From UHGV virus genome UHGV-0233562: 25,081 nt of DNA; one strand, given 5' to 3'. This DNA comes from a virus. Both the position numbers and the translations under genes were made by a program. The notes beneath the pieces are model-generated. The model did no database searches. It saw only the letters and a program-made list of their open reading frames with translations, and was not told where the DNA came from. This document shows, piece after piece, positions 1 through 8,456 of this stretch (positions are counted from its first letter, which is position 1; each line of letters starts with the position of its first letter).

Positions 1-123
1 CATAACCTGAATCTGAGACAACATCTGGCAAGGCTGGGACGGAAGTCACTGTCGTTCTCAAAATCGGTGGAGCTGCATGACAAAGTCATCGGGCATTATC
101 TGAACATAAAACACTATCAGTAA
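1..123 (+). CDS. 3' end of an unidentified CDS (40 codons open from the window edge, stop TAA 121-123)
   Basis: Frame 1 is open from nt 1 to a TAA at 121-123 (..[40 protein letters not shown]). No family recognised; could be a chance open frame. Confidence 0.3.
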
Positions 124-755
124 GTTGGAGTCATTACCCGAATCCGTGAACATTAATGCTAACGCTAAGTATACGAAAGATATTGTAAATATACTTCTTT
201 TTTTGTTTTTAAGTTCTTTTATTTGACAGTAGTTCCATCATTCAATTGCGTATTATCTTCCAATGCCAGTGACACTCCCTCATTATGAGAGGATTGTGGT
301 AATCAAAAGAAAAATTAATATCACGCCAAGAATATTCGAAACCAACCCTATGGTGTTAAGTCCTGGTGATGTCATTTAGTTTGCTCTAGGTTTATTATTC
401 AGAAAGCAAAGAATATTCGTTAAATTATTATGTTAGCTTTAATTATTAAAAAACATGTTAATTATCATCAAATGAGCACTTATCATCATTTTAGTCAAAG
501 AGGTAGTGAGTATTCATTCTGGATCATAACTGCCTTCCTGTTTACGCTAGTGTTTTTTAAAGTCGATGTCCGCTCATCGCTCAAAGCGGACTAGAAGGTT
601 AGCTTGTGTCGGACTTTGCGTATTAAATGACTAGTGGTTGAGCCCCATTTCCACAGAAAAAATCAGAGAAACTATACCCAATAGTTGTATTGAATCACTG
701 ACGAGACAGCCTCATATTCATCAGGACTGGTGTACGTCCAATACAGGAGGTTGTG

Positions 756-845
756 GTGCTGGTTCTCAAATGTGCGCTGGCTATTACGGCTGTAATGGCG
801 ATTTATTGTCTTGCTATTGTTCTTATGGATCGCCTTTCTGACTGA
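756..845 (+). CDS. Candidate 29-aa single-pass membrane peptide (VLVLKCALAITAVMAIYCLAIVLMDRLSD), GTG start
   Basis: Perfect Shine-Dalgarno AGGAGG at 745-750, 5 nt upstream of GTG 756; 23-residue hydrophobic stretch with charged C-terminus. Not in the ORF track because it is under 60 aa. May instead be hok promoter region with a chance ORF. Confidence 0.25.
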   Translation: MLVLKCALAITAVMAIYCLAIVLMDRLSD

Positions 846-849
846 TTTC

Positions 850-1056
850 ACATTGGCGAGGTAACGGTAGTTAAGTAGAATGGCTGCGGGTGCTTGAGGC
901 TATCTGCCTCGGGCATGAACACCAACGGCAGATAGAGAAAAGCCCCAGTTAACATTACGCGTCCTGCAAGACGCTTAACATTAATCTGAGGCCAATTTCA
1001 TGCTAGACACATGTAGGTTAGCCTCTTACGTGCCGAAAGGCAAGGAGAAGCAGGCT
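850..1056 (+). promoter_or_regulatory. hok mRNA 5' leader region (tac-like element, long stem 899-907/926-934, mok-like upstream start at 1000)
   Basis: GCTTGAGGCTATCTGCC...GGCAGATAGAG and ...CAAGGAGAAGCAGGCTATG resemble the hok-family leader as I recall it from plasmid R1. GGCGAGG at 855-861 is complementary to CCTCGCC at 1237-1243 downstream of hok, as in tac/fbi pairing. Boundaries approximate. Confidence 0.5.
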
Positions 1057-1212
1057 ATGAAGCAGCAAAAGGCGATGTTAATCGCCCTGATCGTCATCTG
1101 TTTAACCGTCATAGTGACGGCACTGGTAACGAGGAAAGACCTCTGCGAGGTACGAATCCGAACCGGGCAGACGGAGGTCGCTGTCTTCACAGCTTACGAA
1201 CCTGAGGAGTAA
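1057..1212 (+). CDS. hokD: Hok/Gef-family type I toxin (51 aa)
   Basis: MKQQKAMLIALIVICLTVIVTALVTRKDLCEVRIRTGQTEVAVFTAYEPEE: single TM helix followed by the conserved Hok periplasmic tail (RKDLCEV..TGQTEVAVF.AYE). Matches my recollection of E. coli HokD/RelF. An in-frame ATG at 1000 would give a 70-aa product. Confidence 0.85.
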   Translation: MKQQKAMLIALIVICLTVIVTALVTRKDLCEVRIRTGQTEVAVFTAYEPEE

Positions 1213-1281
1213 GAGACCCGGCGAGGGAGAAATCCCTCGCCACCTCTGATGTGGCAGGCATCCTCAACGCACCCGCACTTA

Positions 1282-1310
1282 ACCCGCTTCGGCGGGTTTT
1301 TGTTTTTATT
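1282..1310 (+). terminator. Rho-independent terminator after hok
   Basis: ACCCGC-TTCG-GCGGGT hairpin followed by TTTTTGTTTTTATTTT. Confidence 0.6.
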
Positions 1311-1428
1311 TTCAACGCGTTTGAAGTTCTGGACGGTGCCGGAATAGAATCAAAAATACTTAAGTAGCGCGCAGGGATAAGAGGGATGGTCCCTTAAAGG
1401 GGAGAGCTAATTATCCGGAAGGATTCTG

Positions 1429-1680
1429 ATGATGAACATCGAAGAACTGCGTAAAATTTTTTGTGAAGATGGCCTCTATGCGGTGTGCGTTGAAAATGGA
1501 AATCTTGTTAGTCATTACCGCATTATGTGTTTGCGAAAGAATGGGGCTGCGTTAATTAATTTTGTGGATGGTCGAGTGACAGACGGATTTATCTTGCGCG
1601 AAGGTGAGTTTGTCACTTCATTACAGGCACTGAAAGAGATCGGAATAAAAGCAGGCTTTTCAGCTTTTGCAGAAGAATAA
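1429..1680 (+). CDS. rem: Small protein of unknown function (83 aa), Rem-like by size and position next to hok
   Basis: ORF with SD GGAAGG upstream of ATGATG. Length and location (between hok and the ydfU-like gene) match the Qin prophage rem gene as I recall it; name assigned from memory, not from a search. Confidence 0.6.
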   Translation: MMNIEELRKIFCEDGLYAVCVENGNLVSHYRIMCLRKNGAALINFVDGRVTDGFILREGEFVTSLQALKEIGIKAGFSAFAEE

Positions 1681-1746
1681 ACTCATCTACAATCTTGCGC
1701 GGGGCTGAACTCCCGCTGAGTAACACCGTGCCACCGGAGAAAACCG

Positions 1747-2025
1747 ATGGCACGCAACGTAAAATATTACAATTCTGATAATTCGCCCGTTCTTGCCTGC
1801 ACGCACGAGCGGTATTCTCACGCATTCAAGTCTGAATGGTTCCAACACCCTCCATGCACTGAAGAGCAGGCTGAATGGATAATTCAGTGTTACCGCAGGC
1901 GCGGATACGAGGTTAAGAAAGCCCTTAGTCTCGACTACCGTCACTGGATAATCTCAGTCAGATTGCCTTACTCCGAACGCCCACCACGTGCGTCCCGCAC
2001 TTTCCAGCAACGGATCTGGAGGTAA
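1747..2025 (+). CDS. Hypothetical protein (92 aa), translationally coupled to the downstream DUF968 gene
   Basis: SD GGAGA at 1735-1739, ATG 1747; stop TAA 2023-2025 lies 1 nt before the GTG start of the next gene, inside that gene's SD. No family recognised. Confidence 0.5.
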   Translation: MARNVKYYNSDNSPVLACTHERYSHAFKSEWFQHPPCTEEQAEWIIQCYRRRGYEVKKALSLDYRHWIISVRLPYSERPPRASRTFQQRIWR

Positions 2026-2026
2026 C

Positions 2027-3076
2027 GTGCGGGTATTACTTAGACCTGTTCTGGTGCCTGAGCTTGGGCTGGTGGTCCTTAAGCCGGGCCGTGAATCCAT
2101 ACAGATATTTCATAATCCTCGAGTGCTGGTGGAACCGGAACCAAAAAGCATGCGTAATCTGCCATCCGGAGTCGTTCCTGCCGTTGGCCAGCCGCTGGCG
2201 GAAGACAAAACATTGCTGCCGTTTTTTAGTAACGAACGGGTGATTCGTGCTGCTGGCGGCGTTGGCGCATTGTCTGACTGGCTATTACGTCATGTTACAT
2301 CCTGCCAGTGGCCTAATGGAGATTACCATCACACTGAAACAGTCATTCACCGTTATGGTACCGGCGCAATGGTGTTGTGTTGGCACTGCGACAACCAACT
2401 GCGTGACCAGACATCGGAATCACTGGAGCTGCTTGCTCAACAAAATCTGACAGCATGGGTGATTGACGTCATCCGTCACGCAATAAGCGGTACGCAGGAG
2501 CGGGAATTATCTTTGGCTGAATTATCCTGGTGGGCGGTCTGCAATCAGGTGGTGGATGCACTACCTGAGGCTGTATCGCGTCGTTCGCTGGGATTACCAG
2601 CGGAAAAAATCTGCTCGGTGTACCGCGAAAGCGACATCGTACCGGGAGAGCAGACCGCCACCAGCATACTGAAACAGCGCACAAAAAATCTTGCGCCGCT
2701 GCCTCACGCCCACCAGCAACAGAACCCACCACAGGAAAAGACGGTGGTCAGCATTGCCGTTGATCCTGAGTCTCCGGAATCTTTCATGAAACGACCTAAA
2801 CGTCGCCGCTGGGTTAACGAGAAATACAAACGCTGGGTGAAGACACAGCCGTGTGCGTGTTGTGGTAAGCCAGCCGACGATCCCCATCACCTGATTGGTC
2901 ATGGTCAGGGCGGAATGGGGACAAAATCTCACGATATTTTCACGCTACCGCTGTGTCGGGAGCATCACAACGAGCTTCATGCGGATCCTCTGGCGTTCGA
3001 AGAAAAGCATGGTTCTCAGGTTGATTTAATTTTTCGTTTTCTTGATCACGCCTTTGCAACTGGCGTGCTTGGGTAA
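2027..3076 (+). CDS. ydfU: DUF968/YdfU-family protein with C-terminal HNH-type zinc-finger nuclease motif (349 aa)
   Basis: SD GGAGG 2018-2022, GTG 2027 in frame with the 1988 track ORF. C-terminus CACCGKPADDPHHLIGHGQGGMGTKSHDIFTLPLCREHHNELH has the CxxC...D.HH...C..HH...H pattern of HNH endonucleases. Length equals what I recall for E. coli YdfU. Confidence 0.8.
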   Translation: MRVLLRPVLVPELGLVVLKPGRESIQIFHNPRVLVEPEPKSMRNLPSGVVPAVGQPLAEDKTLLPFFSNERVIRAAGGVGALSDWLLRHVTSCQWPNGDYHHTETVIHRYGTGAMVLCWHCDNQLRDQTSESLELLAQQNLTAWVIDVIRHAISGTQERELSLAELSWWAVCNQVVDALPEAVSRRSLGLPAEKICSVYRESDIVPGEQTATSILKQRTKNLAPLPHAHQQQNPPQEKTVVSIAVDPESPESFMKRPKRRRWVNEKYKRWVKTQPCACCGKPADDPHHLIGHGQGGMGTKSHDIFTLPLCREHHNELHADPLAFEEKHGSQVDLIFRFLDHAFATGVLG

Positions 3077-3088
3077 AAGAGGTGACTG

Positions 3089-3445
3089 ATGCTCATAGAT
3101 TTGGTTTTACCTTACCCGCCGACGGTGAACACTTACTGGCGACGCCGTGGCAGCACATATTTTATCTCGGAGGAGGGAAAGCGTTATCGCCGGGCTGTGG
3201 CGCTTATTGTTCGCCAGCAGCGGCTGAAATTAAGCCTGTCCGGAAGGCTGGCGATAAAGGTGATTGCAGAGCCACCGGATAAGCGTCGTCGCGACCTGGA
3301 CAATATCCTGAAAGCACCGCTGGATGCGCTGACGCATGCGGGAGTGTTAATGGACGATGAGCAGTTTGATGAAATCAATATCGTTCGTGGTCAGCCAGTA
3401 TCTGGCGGACGTCTGGGGGTGAAGATTTACCCCATAATGCATTAA
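3089..3445 (+). CDS. rusA: Crossover junction endodeoxyribonuclease RusA (Holliday junction resolvase)
   Basis: 118 aa; ..YPPTVNTYWRRRG...RRRDLDNILKAPLDALTHAGVLMDDEQ..GGRL matches the conserved RusA core (RRRDLDN, catalytic Asp cluster). Confidence 0.9.
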   Translation: MLIDLVLPYPPTVNTYWRRRGSTYFISEEGKRYRRAVALIVRQQRLKLSLSGRLAIKVIAEPPDKRRRDLDNILKAPLDALTHAGVLMDDEQFDEINIVRGQPVSGGRLGVKIYPIMH

Positions 3446-3459
3446 GAGCAGGTCAAAAA

Positions 3460-4281
3460 ATGAAACTGGAAGATTTACCGAAATACTACTCCCCAAAATC
3501 CCCTGGCCTGACCGATGCATCGGCCTCAACGTCAAAAGATGCGCTGAGTATCACTGATGTGATGGCCGCGCAGGGCATGACACAGAATCGGGCTGAGATG
3601 GGTTTTTCTGCGTTCCTGGGGAAAATGGGCATCAGTATGAATGACAGGGCGCGGGCAACAGAATTACTGGCAGATTATGCACTCAGTCGGTGCGATCGTG
3701 TGGCGGCGTTGAGAAAACTTCCGGCAGAAATAAAACCGGTAGTGATGCGCATTATGGCTTCGTACGCTTTTGAGGATTATGCCCGCAGCGCAGCGAGTAA
3801 AAAGCAGTGCCCTTGTTGCTATGGGGAAAAATTTATTGAAAGCATAGTTTTTACAAACAAGGTCCAGTATCCGGATGGTAAGCCGCCGGTATGGGCAAAG
3901 TGTACGAAAGGTGTGTATCCGTCTTACTGGGAAGAATGGAAAAAAGTCAGGGAGGTGGTAAAAGTTGCCTGTCCGGAGTGTGGCGGAAAGGGTGAGGTTT
4001 CCACCGCCTGTAAGGATTGCCGTGGGCGTGGTGTCGCCATTCATCGTGAAGAGTCGGTAAAACGTGGTATGCCTGTTGTCAGAGACTGCCAGCGTTGTGG
4101 TGGTCGTGGCTATGAAAGACTACCATCAACGGAGGCATTTAATGCTATATGCGAGGTGACAAACCAGATAACACGCGCGTCATGGGAAAAAACAGTTAAG
4201 AAATTCTATGATGCGCTGGTGACCCGGTTTGATATTGAAGAAGCATGGGCTGAGCGGCAGTTAAAAAAGGTAACTAGGTAA
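3460..4281 (+). CDS. Q: Late-gene antitermination protein Q (zinc-binding, phage 21/82-type)
   Basis: 273 aa with CxxC clusters (CPECGGKGE...CKDCRGRG...CQRCGGRG); sits immediately upstream of a promoter/terminator pair and the lysis-head-tail operon, the canonical Q position. Confidence 0.85.
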   Translation: MKLEDLPKYYSPKSPGLTDASASTSKDALSITDVMAAQGMTQNRAEMGFSAFLGKMGISMNDRARATELLADYALSRCDRVAALRKLPAEIKPVVMRIMASYAFEDYARSAASKKQCPCCYGEKFIESIVFTNKVQYPDGKPPVWAKCTKGVYPSYWEEWKKVREVVKVACPECGGKGEVSTACKDCRGRGVAIHREESVKRGMPVVRDCQRCGGRGYERLPSTEAFNAICEVTNQITRASWEKTVKKFYDALVTRFDIEEAWAERQLKKVTR

Positions 4282-4284
4282 CAA

Positions 4285-4330
4285 GGTTGATTTTTCCGGA
4301 ATCTGTGGTAAATTCGTCATAATGATGGGC
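4285..4330 (+). promoter_or_regulatory. Candidate late promoter pR' with Q-utilisation region
   Basis: TTGATT (4287-4292) with TAAATT/CATAAT -10 candidates 16-25 bp downstream, directly after Q and before the tR' hairpin. Exact -10 and qut not resolvable by eye. Confidence 0.45.
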
Positions 4331-4362
4331 TTTTTATGCCTGACGTTAGAAGAGTTTCTACA

Positions 4363-4387
4363 ACCCGCCGCCGAGCGGGTTTTTTAT
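4363..4387 (+). terminator. tR'-like rho-independent terminator
   Basis: ACCCGC-CGCCGA-GCGGGT hairpin followed by TTTTTTATT, about 80 nt after Q, consistent with the short terminated transcript that Q modifies. Confidence 0.6.
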
Positions 4388-4424
4388 TGCGGAATTAATT
4401 ACGGACCGTTATTATTCTGCTCCC

Positions 4425-4500
4425 GGCCCTTTAGCTCAGTGGTGAGAGCGAGCGACTCATAATCGCCAGGTCGCTGGTTCAAATCCAGCAAGGGCCACCA
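4425..4500 (+). tRNA. ileZ: tRNA-Ile2 (anticodon CAU, lysidine-type; ileX/ileY-like)
   Basis: GGCCCTTTAGCTCAGTGGTGAGAGCGAGCGACTCATAATCGCCAGGTCGCTGGTTCAAATCCAGCAAGGGCCACCA: 76 nt, 7-bp acceptor stem, CT-CAT-AA anticodon loop, GGTTCAAATCC T-loop, encoded CCA. Near-identical to E. coli ileX as recalled. Confidence 0.85.
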
Positions 4501-4600
4501 TCACAAACCGCCATTAGCTTATCAGGAAGAGCAGACGACACGATAACAGGGTTGTTGGTGCGGGGGCGGGTCCCCGATGGCGGTCCATTATCGGTATTCA

Positions 4601-4677
4601 GCGTTGTTAGCTCAGCCGGACAGAGCAATTGCCTTCTAAGCAATCGGTCACTGGTTCGAATCCAGTACAGCGCGCCA
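4601..4677 (+). tRNA. tRNA-Arg (anticodon UCU, reads AGA/AGG)
   Basis: GCGTTGTTAGCTCAGCCGGACAGAGCAATTGCCTTCTAAGCAATCGGTCACTGGTTCGAATCCAGTACAGCGCGCCA: 77 nt, acceptor stem with one G-U pair, CT-TCT-AA anticodon loop, GGTTCGAATCC T-loop, encoded CCA. Confidence 0.85.
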
Positions 4678-4787
4678 TATTCATTCTTCCAGATTCCTTC
4701 CGGCAGAGCCTTATACTGGAATATACCTGGCTCAGGATATTGTTGAAAACATAATATGTTTGTCAAAAATAAAAGTTCTGTTAAGTA

Positions 4788-5141
4788 TTGATTGAGTGTT
4801 TGTTATACGGTCTAATGGTTTTTTCAGCATTAAATATTTATCATTCATATGGTGTGGGTAGAGTGAATATTGATGAGGCGTCGGGGTGTTTCATCCTTAG
4901 GCAGCGTATTGATATAGTCAATGCAGCACGAGCAAAGGCCTTCAGCCGTTTGACAGTTTTGTTCTGTGCTCCTGATCGTCTTTCGGGAAGAGACGTTATT
5001 ATTCTGAATAGTGATGCTATACAGAGGGTTTGCGATGAGTTCATGGTTGCTAATTCAGAATTATTTGCTCTTGTTCAGGAGTACAACAGAATAGCCAGGA
5101 CCTGTGGTATGGATGAACTTCGGATTACTCATCTGGGGTAG
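4788..5141 (+). CDS. Hypothetical protein (up to 117 aa; start uncertain, TTG 4788 or ATG 4815)
   Basis: Open frame in the cargo locus after the tRNAs; no convincing SD, no family recognised. Confidence 0.35.
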   Translation: MIECLLYGLMVFSALNIYHSYGVGRVNIDEASGCFILRQRIDIVNAARAKAFSRLTVLFCAPDRLSGRDVIILNSDAIQRVCDEFMVANSELFALVQEYNRIARTCGMDELRITHLG

Positions 5142-5674
5142 ATACATATCTGGATTATCACCTGTTACGGTAAAAAGTGATTGCTTACTGTTTTTGTGAA
5201 TGGCATTGCAGCAGCCGGATAATGTCAGTGCTGGCTGACGGTGTGCTGGTGGCGGGTGTGGTGGTTGTTGCTTTCCCGTTGCTGAAAAAGAAAACGCCAG
5301 ACTGTTAGCCGGGTATCAGTTAGCGGGAGAAATTTTTAAATACTTCACAATTCAGGCGGTTGACTGTTCTCTGGTTTGCGGGGAGTTTGTTAAAAGAAAC
5401 TGGCATGGTGAATCCCCCTGTGCGGAGGGGCAATCAGCGAGTAGGTATATGGGATAATCGCGGATTCAGGTGCTGGTACTGAATTCACCGGGAGGCACCC
5501 GGCACCATGCACTTCAATAGATTCTCTCCACATTATGGATATTCTTTCAGAATATCCCACGCAGACTTTGTGTAAATGTTAACAAATGTGCGTTTTATTT
5601 GATCTGATTCGCTGTTTGAGCGTCCAAAACAACGGTATATATAATCCTTTACTATATGACATATGTGAGGAAAA

Positions 5675-6103
5675 ATGGGTTTTCGTAGCGCATCAATTCT
5701 TACGTTGATTATTAGTGGGATTATTATCGGGTGCACTGATGCTGTATCGACAAATTATCATGACCGTACATCATATTACTCCGATAAAGCAATAGAGACA
5801 CAGTATGTGAGTTCATCTGAACGTACTTCTGATGTTAGTGAGGATATCCGTCTGTATGCCCATCAAATCAAGAGCGCCATCGAAAAACAGTTCGGGGATG
5901 CGAGTAAGTATTCAGGAAAAGAGTGTACACTGAGAATGCATATGGCCCCGAATGGCCTTCTACTGGAGGTTAAAAGAGAAAGTGGAGACCTCGATTTATG
6001 TCGTGAAGCGATGAATGCGATAAAGAATGTTGATATACCTGCCCCCCCTTCGCCGGAAGTATATAAAGTATTTCAAAATGGGGTGCTGGATTTTAAACCC
6101 TGA
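5675..6103 (+). CDS. Lipoprotein with TolA C-terminal (domain III)-like domain, 142 aa
   Basis: SD GAGG then ATG 5675; signal peptide MGFRSASILTLIISGIIIG with lipobox IIGC and Thr at +2. C-terminal half HQIKSAIEKQFGDASKYSGKECTLRMHMAPNGLLLEVKRESGDLDLCREAMNAIKNVDIPAPPSPEVYKVFQNGVLDFKP aligns by eye with the E. coli TolA C-terminus (..GQIKSAIESKFYDASSYAGKTCTLRIKLAPDGMLLDIK..ALCQAA..KIPKPPSQAVYEVFKNAPLDFKP), including both Cys and the terminal LDFKP. Confidence 0.85.
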   Translation: MGFRSASILTLIISGIIIGCTDAVSTNYHDRTSYYSDKAIETQYVSSSERTSDVSEDIRLYAHQIKSAIEKQFGDASKYSGKECTLRMHMAPNGLLLEVKRESGDLDLCREAMNAIKNVDIPAPPSPEVYKVFQNGVLDFKP

Positions 6104-6253
6104 TATTTATTGTTTTGTAATAAACGGTTTCGGCTTAGGTTTGTTCTGACACAACTACGGCACTGAGCTAAATTTAGCGGATAGTCAGCTCTGAGCCAGT
6201 GGCGGACGTAACAACTACTATTGCTGAGATTTTAATGGATTGAGGAGCAAGAA

Positions 6254-6649
6254 GTGGGATTAAAGAAAATCGTTATGTTGACTTTTTGGGTCGGTTTTGT
6301 TGCGGGATGCACACCTTTACACCCTTCAGATTGCCACAAAACTACTGCTACAGGTAGTTGCAGTTCAGGACGCTGGGATGATCAGGATGAATGGGGGGCG
6401 CAAGCGCGGGGAATCAGAGCTGCAATTAATGCCAAACTTGATGAGCCGCATAACTGGAAAGGGAAAAAATGCAGGTTGCATATGGAATTCTCTCAGGATG
6501 GCACGGCGTTAAAAATATCTACCAGTAACGGTGATAAAGCCTATTGCGAAGCGATAAAGTCCGCAGCTCATAAAGCCAAATTTCCGGCCTTCAACAATCC
6601 GGAAGTCTACAGAGATTTTCAGAAATCTGGCTTTGACATGCGAGGTTAG
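6254..6649 (+). CDS. Second, divergent TolA C-terminal-domain-like lipoprotein, 131 aa (paralog of 5675..6103)
   Basis: SD GAGGAG 6242-6247, GTG 6254; signal peptide with lipobox VAGC, Thr at +2. C-terminal region KKCRLHMEFSQDGTALKIS...AYCEAIKSAAHKAKFPAFNNPEVYRDFQKSGFD keeps the two-Cys and PEVY..F pattern of the upstream paralog and of TolA domain III. Confidence 0.8.
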   Translation: MGLKKIVMLTFWVGFVAGCTPLHPSDCHKTTATGSCSSGRWDDQDEWGAQARGIRAAINAKLDEPHNWKGKKCRLHMEFSQDGTALKISTSNGDKAYCEAIKSAAHKAKFPAFNNPEVYRDFQKSGFDMRG

Positions 6650-6774
6650 CTCTTCAATTACTATATCTCATTCATAGCAAACTGACAGATTTGATGATGT
6701 TCTATATACGAAACCTGTGATGTCAAGTCTGAGCTAATACAAATAAACATAATATCAGAGAAATACATTTTATT

Positions 6775-6798
6775 AGCTCGCTACGGCGAGCTTTTTAT
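6775..6798 (+). terminator. Rho-independent terminator closing the TolA-like cargo unit
   Basis: AGCTCGC-TACG-GCGAGCT hairpin followed by TTTTT. Confidence 0.5.
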
Positions 6799-6900
6799 AT
6801 TGCATCGTCTCCAGCATATATATCAATTAAGGCTCTGATTGATGTGTCTGGAAGCCTACACATAATAACTATGCCATCCGTTCCGTGCGGAGGTGAGGCT

Positions 6901-7116
6901 ATGAAATCCATGGACAAAATTTCAACAGGCATTGCCTACGGCACCTCCGCAGGCAGTGCTGGCTACTGGTTTTTACAGCTGCTCGATAAAGTCACGCCCT
7001 CACAGTGGGCAGCAATAGGTGTGCTGGGTAGCCTGGTATTTGGCCTGCTGACGTACCTGACAAATCTTTATTTCAAGATTAAAGAAGACAGGCGTAAGGC
7101 TGCGAGAGGAGAGTAA
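6901..7116 (+). CDS. S: Class II holin (S21-type pinholin) with dual-start motif
   Basis: SD GGAGGTGAGG then ATG 6901; [61 protein letters not shown]: two TM segments, charged C-terminus, Met1-Lys-Ser-Met4 dual start typical of holin/antiholin pairs. Resembles phage 21 S as recalled. Confidence 0.85.
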   Translation: MKSMDKISTGIAYGTSAGSAGYWFLQLLDKVTPSQWAAIGVLGSLVFGLLTYLTNLYFKIKEDRRKAARGE

Positions 7117-7120
7117 TCCA

Positions 7121-7428
7121 ATGACTCAATACTATGAACTGGTTGTGAAAGGAGTCCGTAATTTTGAGAATAAAGTTACGGTAACTGTAGCCTTACAGGA
7201 CAAAGAACGCTTTGACGGTGAAATTTTTGGCCTGGATGTCGCCATGGACCGTGTTGAAGGAGCTGCGCTGGAGTTTTATGAGGCAGCAGCCAGAATGAGC
7301 GTCCGGCAAGTCTTCCTGGAAGTAGCAGAAAAATTGTCAGAAAAAGTTGAGTCTTATCTGCAGCATCAGTACTCCTTTAAGATTGAAAATCCTGCCAATA
7401 AGCACGAGCGTCCTCATCATAAATATCT

Positions 7429-7432
<4 letters not shown>
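7121..7432 (+). CDS. ydfR: Conserved prophage protein of unknown function between holin and endolysin (103 aa, YdfR-like)
   Basis: SD GGAGAG then ATG 7121; same size and position as Qin ydfR as I recall it. Function unknown. Confidence 0.65.

Positions 7433-8456
<1,024 letters not shown>

Noticed and set aside
638-841. 67-aa Cys/Gly-rich ORF (..CTSNTGGCGAGSQMCAGYYGCNGDLLSCYCSYGSPF) that looks superficially like a microcin or bacteriocin precursor
   Set aside because: TTG start with no Shine-Dalgarno and no double-glycine leader of normal length; the overlapping 29-aa frame has the strong SD instead, and the region is probably hok promoter. Kept only as an alternative reading in the small-peptide finding.
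4501-4600. Possible third tRNA between tRNA-Ile2 and tRNA-Arg, by analogy with the three-tRNA cluster of Stx phages
   Set aside because: No acceptor-stem pairing, T-loop (GGTTCRANYCC) or anticodon stem-loop could be found by eye; at most a degenerate remnant.
4681-6650. Shiga toxin (stxA/stxB) or another toxin expected at the Q/tRNA-adjacent cargo position
   Set aside because: No ORF of the right size (about 319 and 89 aa) or with toxin-like sequence is present; the slot holds the TolA-like lipoproteins instead.
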